A stretch of 14,463 nucleotides of DNA from Octopus sinensis (Eukaryota), in NCBI RefSeq assembly GCF_006345805.1, contig NW_021825761.1:1-14463 (forward strand). The letters are read 5' to 3'. Below are positions 1-7,544 of this stretch, piece by piece; the stretch's first letter is position 1, and each line of letters begins with the position of its first letter. The notes below the pieces were generated by a model that was not told the origin of the DNA, did not search any database, and worked only from the letters and a program-made list of their open reading frames with translations. A program made the translations under genes and the position numbers.

Positions 1-206
1 AAACATAGAGGGGACAAACAAGGACAGACAAGGGATTAAGTTGATTATATCGACCCCAAGTGCATAACTGGTACTTAATGTATCGACCCCAAAAGGATGA
101 AAGGCAAAGTCAACCTCGGCGGAATTTGAACTCACAATGTAACGGCAGACGAAATACCACAAGCATTTCGCCCAGCGTGCTAACGATTCTGCCAGCTTGC
201 CGCCTT
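1..206 (-). mobile_element. tRNA-derived SINE, family A (alternative 3' tail), cut by window edge
   Basis: Reverse complement reads AAGGCGGCAAGCTGGCAGAATCGTTAGCAC...GAGTTCAAATTCCGCCGAGGTTGACTTTGCCTTTCATCCTTTTGGGGTCGATACATTAAGTACCAGT...GGGGTCGATATAATCAAC. A-box-like TGGCAGAATCG, B-box-like GAGTTCAAATTCC. Aligns by eye with about 10 other copies in the window. Confidence 0.9.
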
Positions 207-330
207 GCCACGCTCCTGTACCTATATTGAACAGAAAAATACCCTTGTGATAGTTTACTGGACCATATGCTGCAGTGGGGTGACAATTAGTCAGAATTAG
301 GGTTCAAGGAAAGGTCTGTTTGTCTTTTGC

Positions 331-336
<6 letters not shown>

Positions 337-382
<46 letters not shown>
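337..382. repeat. (CT)n microsatellite
   Basis: Near-perfect CT run. Confidence 0.97.
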
Positions 383-530
383 TCCTATCTCTTTGTTTCT
401 TTCCCTCTCTAAAGTCATTGTTTTATGTAGATGCTTTCTATCCTGGATTGGGTTGAACAGGGACAGGTCTTCTCCATTGTTGAAGCATCTCACCACATGT
501 TGCAGTATGTTTGTCTTTTGTTTTTGCTTG

Positions 531-533
<3 letters not shown>

Positions 534-569
<36 letters not shown>
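534..569. repeat. (GT)n microsatellite
   Basis: Perfect TG run. Confidence 0.97.
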
Positions 570-572
<3 letters not shown>

Positions 573-641
573 AATGATAAATTCTTTCACTGATAATCTG
601 TAAGTGAAAAGTAATTTATAAAACTCCAATAATACACATGT

Positions 642-858
642 GCGCACACACACACAATCTTTCTCTCTCTCTCTTTTTCTCTATCTCTCCCTCACAGACA
701 CGCACACCCACACTCTTTTACTCACGCATGCCCCCACACACAAACACCCACCCACATATACACACACTCTCTCTCTCGCGCACACACTTTCTCTCTCTCT
801 CTTCCTCACTCACACTCTCCCTCACACATACACACACTCTCTCTCTTTCACACACACA

Positions 859-890
<32 letters not shown>

Positions 891-1322
891 CTCTCTCCCT
901 CACTCACGCTCTCTCTCCCTCACACACGCTCTCTCTCTCTTCCTCACTCACAATTTCTCTCTCCCTCACTCACACTCTCTCTCCCTCACACACGCTCTCT
1001 CTCTTTTTCACTCACACTCTCTCTCTCCGTCACACACACACTCTCTCTCCCTCACTCACACTCTTTCTCTCCCTCACACATGCTCTCTCTCTCTCTTCTT
1101 CACTCACACTCTCTCTCCCTCACACACACACTCTCTCTCTCCTTCACACAAAATCTCTCTCTCTCCCTCACACATGCTCTCTCTCTCTCTCTTCACTCAC
1201 ACTCTCTCTCTCCCTCACACATACACTCTCTCTCTCTTTCACACAAGCTCTCTCTCTCCCTCACATACACACTCTCTCCTCTCTCTCTTCCTCACTCACA
1301 CTCTCTCCCTCACACACACACA
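642..1322. repeat. Compound (CT)n/(CA)n array with higher-order units
   Basis: Alternating CTCTCTCTCCCTCACACAC and CTCTCTCTCTTCCTCACTCACA blocks; + strand almost G-free. Confidence 0.95.
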
Positions 1323-1483
1323 AAACAGAGACAGTCTAATTCTCGTCAAACCATAAATTCTAATCCCACTTTTGATAATTAAATTACCATCATTAGTTTT
1401 ATTAATGGTCTAAATTGTGTCTGTCTGTGTGTCTCAAATTGAACCATATTTTAGTTCTCTTTTTCTTTTTCTCTTTTTCTTAA

Positions 1484-1730
1484 TTTTATCTTTTAGCTTT
1501 TACCTTTTACTTGTGTCAATCATTAGACTGTGACCATGCTGGGGCACCACCTCGAACAATTTATCTTAGTCAAATGAATCGCATAGTGTTTAGTTTTTTT
1601 TTTTTAAGCCTGGTACTTTTTCTATCGGTCTCTTTTGTTGAACCACTAAGTTACGAGAACGTAAACACACCAACATTGGTTGTCAAGCGGTGGTTGGGGA
1701 CAAACACAGATACAAAGATGCACACACATA
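1484..1730 (-). mobile_element. SINE family B, 3' body and (GATAAAA)n-type tail
   Basis: TTTTATC/TTTTAGC/TTTTACC/TTTTAC 7-mer tail at 1484-1510. CTGGTACTTTTTCTATCG at 1610-1627 is the reverse complement of the GATA(G/A)AA(T/A)AAGTACCAG core shared with family A. The order CCATGCTGGGGCACC...GTAAACACACCAAC...GGGGACAAACACAGA matches a common octopus SINE as I recall it. Confidence 0.8.
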
Positions 1731-1766
1731 GATATGTATATATATATATATGTATATACATATATA

Positions 1767-1826
<60 letters not shown>

Positions 1827-1871
1827 ATATTATACACATACATACATATATATATGTATATATATATATAC

Positions 1872-1902
<31 letters not shown>

Positions 1903-2147
1903 TACATATATATATATATATATATACATACAAATATATATATATATATATATATATACATCAAATATATTATATATATATATATACATACAAATATATA
2001 TATATATATATATATACATACAAATATATATACATATATATATACATACAAATATATATATATATACATATATATATACATACAAATATATATTATATAC
2101 ATATATATATACATACATATATATATAACATACATATATATATATAT
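1727..2147. repeat. (TA)n/(TACA)n array with ~30 bp higher-order unit
   Basis: CATACAAATATATA recurs at about 1927, 1987, 2017, 2046 and 2078. Confidence 0.95.
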
Positions 2148-2183
2148 CACGTGACCACGTGACGACCAGACCATCAGATGTGA
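2146..2183 (-). mobile_element. Probable terminal remnant of another SINE, containing tandem CACGTGAC
   Basis: TCACGTGACCACGTGACGACCAGACCATCAGATGT resembles the end of an octopus repeat as I recall it; not verified. Confidence 0.45.
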
Positions 2184-2214
2184 ATCCAAACAAAGAAGAA
2201 CAAACAAGAAAAAA

Positions 2215-2350
2215 CAGCAACGTGAGGACATGGTACAAGTACTGTATTCTCAGACACTCAGGAAAGGAAAGAAAGAGGATTTTACATTTCAAGCAAAGCT
2301 CTTCTTCAGAAATAGAGGAAATTCCAAAGGGAAGACCTAGGACGAAAATC
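2215..2350 (+). pseudogene. Possible degenerate C-terminal fragment of an RTE-clade LINE ORF2
   Basis: Translation [10 protein letters not shown]...RIL.FKQ(ALL, with a frameshift)...[13 protein letters not shown] loosely resembles the RTE ORF2 C-terminal pattern RW.GH.LR...R..KQ.L...IEG.RP.GRP...W. Confidence 0.35.
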
Positions 2351-2397
2351 GCCAACGATACACATGGTACATTATATGTGTTGTGTGTGTGTGTGTG

Positions 2398-2519
2398 ACA
2401 GGCTTCTTTTAGTTTCCATCTACCAATTTACTCACAAGGCTTTGGTTGGCCCAAGGCTATAGTAGAAGATACTTGCCCAAAGTGCCACACATTGGGACTG
2501 AATCCAGAACCATGTGGTT
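2398..2519 (-). mobile_element. SINE family B, 5' part (B-box region; A-box lost)
   Basis: Minus strand AACCACATGGTTCTGGATTCAGTCCCAATGTGTGGCACTTTGGGCAAGTATCTTCTACTATAGCCTTGGGCCAACCAAAGCCTTGTGAG...GGAAACTAAAAGAAGCC, running into (CA)n. Confidence 0.8.
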
Positions 2520-2694
2520 CAAATTCTGCCGAGGTCGGCTTTGCCTTTCATCCTTTTGGGTTCAAAGAAATAAGTACCAGTTATGCACTAGGATCAATGT
2601 AATCAACTAGCCCCTCCCTCAAAATTTCAGACTTTGTGCCTATAGTAGAAAGGCATTACTATTATTATTATTATTATTATTATTTATTATCATT
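2517..2694 (+). mobile_element. SINE family A, 5'-truncated at B-box, with (TAT)n tail
   Basis: GTTCAAATTCTGCCGAGGTCGGCTTTGCCTTTCATCCTTTTGGG...AATAAGTACCAGT...AAAATTTCAGACTTTGTGCCTATAGTAGAAAGGC followed by (TAT)n. Confidence 0.9.
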
Positions 2695-2696
2695 AA

Positions 2697-2846
2697 TGCA
2701 CTGGTGGCACATAGTGATTGATGTTAGGAAGAGTAAGGGTGTCCCACCATTAGAAACCATGCCAAGGTTGACACTGGAGCATGGCGCAGTCCCTGGGCCC
2801 AGTGGATCCTGTCAAACCACCCAACCCATTAACATAGATGTTAAAT
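2697..2846 (+). mobile_element. 3' fragment of a non-LTR retroposon ending in a (GAT)n tail
   Basis: TGTTAGGAAG...AGAAACCATGCCAAG...CTGGAGC...CCTGTCAAACCACCCAACCCAT...GATGTTAAATGATGAT, a 3' end I recall as common in octopus. It runs directly into the GAT array. Confidence 0.65.
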
Positions 2847-3024
2847 GATGATGATAACAATGATGATGATGATGACAATGGTGATGGTGATGATGATGAT
2901 AATGTTGATGATGATGATGATGATGATGATATGATGACAATGAAGATGATGATGATGTTGATGATAATGTTGTTGATGATGATGATGATGATAATGTTGT
3001 TGATGAGAATGGTGATGATGTCGT

Positions 3025-3061
<37 letters not shown>

Positions 3062-3213
3062 AATGTTGTTGATGATGAGAATGGTGATGATGTCGTTGAT
3101 GATGATGATAATGTTGTTGTTGATGATGATGATGATGATGATGATGAGAATGGTGATGATGTCGTTGATGATGATGATGATAATGTTGTTGATGAGAATG
3201 GTGATAATGTCGT

Positions 3214-3250
<37 letters not shown>

Positions 3251-3541
3251 AATGTTGATGATGAGAATGGTGATGATGTCGTTGATGATGATGATAATGT
3301 TGTTGTTGATGATGATGATGATGATAATGTTGTTGATGATGATGATAATGTTGTTGATGATGATGATGATAATGTTGTTGATGATGATGATGATAATGTT
3401 GTTGATGATGATGATGATGATGATGATGTCGATGATGATGATGATGATAATGTTGTTGTTGATGATGATGATAATGTTGTTGATGATGATGATGATGATA
3501 ATGTTGTTGATGATGATAATGATGTTGATGATGATGATGAT
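2846..3541 (+). repeat. ~700 bp (GAT)n-based trinucleotide array with higher-order units
   Basis: GAT backbone with AAT/GTT/GAG/GGT/GTC variants; GAGAATGGT at 3005, 3077, 3146, 3194 and 3263. Confidence 0.97.
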
Positions 3542-3985
3542 TAATTCATTTTCTCTTTTTTTTTCTACTTATCGTTTCAGGCAACTGTTACAGCCATGGA
3601 CTCTTTTTCTACCTCACCCCACCCGCATCGAAGACAGAAAGAAAATTCGGAAACCGTGGCACCGTTTCAACATCTACCGGAAGCCATCTCACGATTGTTT
3701 ATTTCGTCTTTCTGAGAGTTAACTTACCAATCACCACAACCCTTTCGACCTTCATCATACCCCCACCCCTCCATTACCTCACACCCTCTCATCTCAGTTC
3801 CCCCACCCTGCCCTCGCTATCTGCGACCCTCCCTGCCATCAAATGCTGAAGGTCCAACGTTCATTCTGTTTAGTTTTCCCCCCCAGTTTCTGCCTTTTGA
3901 GGCTAAAACTGTGCTGGATTACTAAGCTCCAAGAATTTTGAACTAATTGCACTAATTACTATAATTTATGTCAATAATTTTTCAC

Positions 3986-4013
3986 CCTCCTCCTCCTCTC
4001 CTCCTCCTCCTCC

Positions 4014-4044
<31 letters not shown>

Positions 4045-4045
4045 T
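3986..4045. repeat. (CCT)n-(CAT)n compound microsatellite
   Basis: Direct inspection. Confidence 0.93.
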
Positions 4046-4204
4046 AAAATTCCCATGCCATCTCCCAGTTACTCTCTCCTCTAAAGCAAAAAAAAAACAA
4101 ACAAAAAAAACAAAAAACAAAAACAGAAAAAGAGCAAAAAAGAAAGAAACAAGATATCAGCAAAAAGAAAAAAAAAACCCCTAAAAATTTGAACATTTGC
4201 AAAC

Positions 4205-4302
4205 TGTTATTGTTATTGTTGTTGTTGTTGTCATCATTATAGTAGGAACTTTTCCCATTATTATTATTATTTATTATTATTTATTATTATTATCATTATT
4301 AT
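4205..4302. repeat. (TTG)n/(TTA)n tracts preceding the SINE train
   Basis: Direct inspection. Confidence 0.9.
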
Positions 4303-4303
4303 C

Positions 4304-4540
4304 AAGATGGTGAGCTGACAGAATGGTTAGCATGCCGGACAGAATGTTAAATGGTATTTCGTCCAGCTCTACGTTCTGAGTTCAAATTCTTCCGAGGTCA
4401 ACTATGCCTTTTGATCCTTTTCGGGGGGTCAATAAAATAAGTACCAGTCAAACACTGGGGTCGATGTAATCGGCTGTCCCCTTCCCCCGAAAATTTCAGG
4501 TCTTGTGCCTATAGAAAAGATTATTATTATTATTATTATT
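4304..4540 (+). mobile_element. SINE family A, full-length with (TTA)n tail
   Basis: AAGATGGTGAGCTGACAGAATGGTTAGC head, GAGTTCAAATTC B-box, AATAAAATAAGTACCAGT core, GTGCCTATAGAAAAG then (ATT)n. Confidence 0.92.
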
Positions 4541-4730
4541 AAGGTGGCGAGCTAGCAGAATCGTTAGCACGTCAGACAAAACTCTTCGCAGCATTTCTTT
4601 TGGTTCTTAACGTTCTGAGTTCAAATTCCACCAAGGTATATTTTACCATTCGTTCTATCGGGACTGATAAAATGAAATACCAGTAAAATACTGGGGTTGA
4701 TATGAATCGCCTTAAAGAATTATTGTTATC
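4541..4730 (+). mobile_element. SINE family A, 3'-deleted
   Basis: AAGGTGGCGAGCTAGCAGAATCGTTAGCAC head, GAGTTCAAATTCC, GATAAAATGAAATACCAGT...CTGGGGTTGAT. Confidence 0.9.
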
Positions 4731-4977
4731 AGAGCAATGAGCTGTGGAATCACCAGAGTGTCAGACAAAATGTCTAGTGGTATTACTTCTGACTCTTTAC
4801 ATACTGAGTTCAAATCCCGCTGTGGTCAGCTTTTGCCTTTCAACCTTTCGAGGTTGATAGAATACAGTACCAGTCATGTAATGGGTTCGATGTAATCGAC
4901 TTGCCCCCTTCCCTCAAAATTATTGGTCTTGTGCCTAAATAGGAAACCATTATTATTATTATTATTATTATCATCAT
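4731..4977 (+). mobile_element. SINE family A, diverged full-length with (ATT)n tail
   Basis: GAGTTCAAATCCC, TTTGCCTTTCAACCTTTCGAGGTTGATAGAATACAGTACCAGT, GTCTTGTGCCTAAATAG. Confidence 0.88.
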
Positions 4978-4984
4978 AGTTGTA

Positions 4985-5125
4985 TAGACGGCTGAGACAA
5001 AAGACTGACAAAAGGCATTGCAGTATTCTGTGTTCGTCCCTCTTGATTCCTAGTTCAATTCCTACTGGGCACCAACTTTTCCTTTCATCCCTTTGGGGGT
5101 TGATAAAATAAGTACCAGTAATATA
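4985..5125 (+). mobile_element. SINE family A, strongly diverged and 3'-truncated
   Basis: TAGTTCAATTCC, CCTTTCATCCCTTTGGGGGTTGATAAAATAAGTACCAGT; the head is barely alignable. Confidence 0.75.
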
Positions 5126-5148
5126 TTGCAACCGAATCAACTGACTGT

Positions 5149-5260
5149 AATATATATATATAATATATATAATATATATATATATATATGTATATATATG
5201 TATGTTATGTGGTGTGTGGTTATATATTTTTAATATATACATACCTATGTATGTATATAC
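5149..5260. repeat. (TA)n-rich microsatellite
   Basis: Direct inspection. Confidence 0.9.
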
Positions 5261-5513
5261 ACCCCCCTCTCCTTCAAGAAATGGCATTTTGCCTTGTCAA
5301 ATACTATTGTTTTGAAATTATTTTACATCTTCAGAAAATATGCAAATGACTTTGAATTCTGAGCTAATTATTGAAAAACTGAGCTAATTAATTGAAAAGC
5401 GAAAAAAAAAAAAAACAAAAACAGAAAAAGTTTTCGTTTCTTTGTTATAACATTTTCTTGTGTACCTAAACTGATTATTATTATTATTATTATTATTATT
5501 ATAATTGGTTTGA

Positions 5514-5745
5514 AAGTGCATGTCAGGATCGGTTGCTTGGCAACCAAGATGCCTTGTTGTTATGTCCTTTTTATGTCCTGAGTTCAAAAAAAAAAAAAAC
5601 TGCAATCAACTTTGTCTTTCATTGTTCTGAGTGGAAAGTGGAAAGTCATGGGGGTTGATAAAATAAGGCACCAGCCAAGTATTGGAGTTGACTTAGTCGT
5701 TCCCTCCCCTTTAATTTGTGGCCTTGTGCCTATATTAGAAGTCAC

Positions 5746-5799
<54 letters not shown>

Positions 5800-5818
5800 T
5801 ACTACTACTACTACTACT
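5514..5818 (+). mobile_element. SINE family A, diverged, with (TAT)n(TAC)n tail
   Basis: GAGTTC(A)14, GGGGTTGATAAAATAAGGCACCAG, GGCCTTGTGCCTATATTAGAA; tail about 5746-5818. The 5' boundary is approximate. Confidence 0.8.
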
Positions 5819-6077
5819 GGTATTGAAATGGATGTCAGGATTGGTAGAGCTTCATCACAAAACACTTCGTGATATCTAGTTCAATTCTGGGTTCAAATCA
5901 CACCAGGGCCAACTTTACCTGTCATCGTTCTGCGGAGGGTCGATAAAATAAAGTACCAGTGAAATAAACGGGGTCGATATAATCGACTCTTCCCCCACTT
6001 CTCCCCACCCATCCACACAAAATTTCTGGCCTTATGCCTATGTAATAAATCATTGTTATTATTATTATTATTATTAT
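5819..6077 (+). mobile_element. SINE family A, diverged, with (TTA)n tail
   Basis: GGGTTCAAATCAC, GGGTCGATAAAATAAAGTACCAGT...GGGGTCGATATAATCGACT, AAAATTTCTGGCCTTATGCCTATGT. Confidence 0.88.
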
Positions 6078-6198
6078 GGCATGGTTATCATCATCATTAT
6101 CATCATCATCATTATGGTTGGTATCCTACTGTGGCAAGCAGTTATAACCTTTCCCCACTCCCGCCCCTCTCAGTTTTCATTCCCCGTGGAGTAGTTGA

Positions 6199-6785
6199 TG
6201 GTGATCACTCCAAACACCATGATGTTGACTGGATGTTTGATTTTTATCACTCTCGGTACATGTTTTGGAGACATGGCAAGCCAACGGTTGTTCTGTGTGT
6301 TCACCATCCGATCCTGGCAGAGATTTTTCTCATCTGGAGAAAAACCAAAGCAGGTTCGGTTGGAGGGGATGCTTGAGTTTCTTCAAAAGCTTTGTAGCAT
6401 GGTCTTTCCTCTTGTCCTTGATGGCTTGGGATAAAAATTGTCCCTTTCTCATCTTGTATGAGGAATACCAAATGTTTTCATGCACTACTTGCCTGATAAG
6501 AAACTCAGACACTCTGTTGTCCCTGATTGACTTTGAGGGATCATTGTCAATCATGGCCTGGATCTCACCAACAAATTCAGGAGTTCTTTTCTTATAAGAA
6601 TGAGTTTTCCAAGCTGCCGTACCTTCGTAGTCACCATTAAACTCATCCACTTCTTTCCAAATCCTCTGCACTGTTCTCAGATTGACACCCTAACACTCTG
6701 AAATGTTCGTATTAGAGCTTCCAGCCCAAATGCGAAGCAGCACGGCATGTCGTTTCCAAATTTGTGGCGGAGTGAATTGCGTCAT
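6199..6785 (-). pseudogene. Transposase pseudogene (HTH region and start of the catalytic domain)
   Basis: ATG at 6785: MTQFTPPQIWKRHAVLL...EC*GVNLRTVQRIWK...KRTPEFVGEIQAMIDNDPSKSIR...YSSYKMRKGQFLS...WFFS, +1 frameshift near 6337, then DEKNLCQDRMVNTQNNRWLA...HPVNIMVFGVIT. Stop TAG at 6690-6692. Only the first catalytic D is present, so triad spacing cannot be confirmed. Confidence 0.9.
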
Positions 6786-6914
6786 GGTGCTGTTTTTCTT
6801 ACAGACGGTGCCCAACTGACCCTACTATACTGTGTAGTCGACAAAATCAAAAACAAACAATGCACATGCGCAAAATTAAAAATATAAAATGGCAACAATT
6901 TACCCATTACACTG
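6199..6914 (-). mobile_element. 3'-truncated Tc1/mariner-superfamily DNA transposon (maT/DD37D-like by recollection), 5' terminus retained
   Basis: Minus strand starts TA|CAGTGTAATGGGTAAATTGTTGCC (TA at 6915-6916, next to (TA)n). Transposase homology runs to about 6199. No second TIR found in the window. Confidence 0.85.
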
Positions 6915-6962
<48 letters not shown>

Positions 6963-6994
6963 TACATAACCATCATTACTATCTAGGATCAACT

Positions 6995-7027
<33 letters not shown>

Positions 7028-7054
7028 ACTACTTCTACTATTAATATTACTACT
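6915..7054. repeat. (TA)n then (TAC)n microsatellites
   Basis: Direct inspection. Confidence 0.92.
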
Positions 7055-7339
7055 AAGGCAGCAAGCTGACAGAATTGTTAGCATGTTAGACAAATGCTTA
7101 TCAGCATCACTTCTGGCTCATTATCTTCTAAGTTCAAATGTCACCAAGTTTGACTTTGCCTTTCATCCTTTCAGGGTCGATAAAATAAGTACCGGCTGAC
7201 TACTGGGGTCTATGTAATCAACTAGCCCCTGCCCACAAAATTTCAGGCTTTATGTCTATAGTAGCAAGGATTATTATAATCACCGTCGTTATCATTGTTA
7301 TTGTTGTTGTTGTTGTTGTTATTATTATTATTATTATTA
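7055..7339 (+). mobile_element. SINE family A, full-length, tail (TTG)n(TTA)n
   Basis: AAGGCAGCAAGCTGACAGAATTGTTAGC head, AAGTTCAAATG, GACTTTGCCTTTCATCCTTTCAGGGTCGATAAAATAAGTACC, AAAATTTCAGGCTTTATGTCTATAGTAGCAAGG. Confidence 0.92.
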
Positions 7340-7364
7340 GAGTTGTGGACTGGAAAGGGCAGTA

Positions 7365-7544
7365 CATCTGTTAGAAATGGTAGAAGACAGATAAAATGGT
7401 TTGTAATCATTGGCTGTTTAACCTTATGATCTGAATTCTAATCTTGTTGAGGTTGGTTTTGTTGAGGTCCATAGAAAAAGTACCCAATGGATACCAGGGT
7501 TGATTTGACCAACATTGTTTTGTGGCCTCACGCCAATATTTATT
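7365..7544 (+). mobile_element. Very degenerate SINE family A copy
   Basis: CTGAATTCTAATC...GAGG, AGAAAAAGTACC...CAGGGTTGATTTGACC, TGTGGCCTCACGCCAATAT parallel the family A layout. The 5' boundary is uncertain. Confidence 0.5.

Noticed and set aside
287-1382. ORFs of 65-238 aa rich in L/S/H/T or E/R/V/C
   Set aside because: Direct translations of (CT)n/(CA)n arrays; stop-free only because the repeats cannot encode stops.
1646-2355. Long Y/I/H/T-rich ORFs
   Set aside because: Translations of (TA)n arrays. The same applies to the ORFs at 8905-9617, 9985-10200 and 10460-10792.
2838-3722. 294 aa poly-Met ORF
   Set aside because: The ATG frame of the (GAT)n array; no plausible protein.
4304-5125. 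Possible CRISPR-like repeat-spacer array
   Set aside because: The units are ~200 bp diverged SINE copies with microsatellite linkers. There are no short identical repeats or unique spacers, no cas genes, and the context is eukaryotic.
6053-6597. + strand ORFs overlapping the transposase
   Set aside because: Antisense shadow ORFs of the transposase pseudogene plus microsatellite-derived N-termini.
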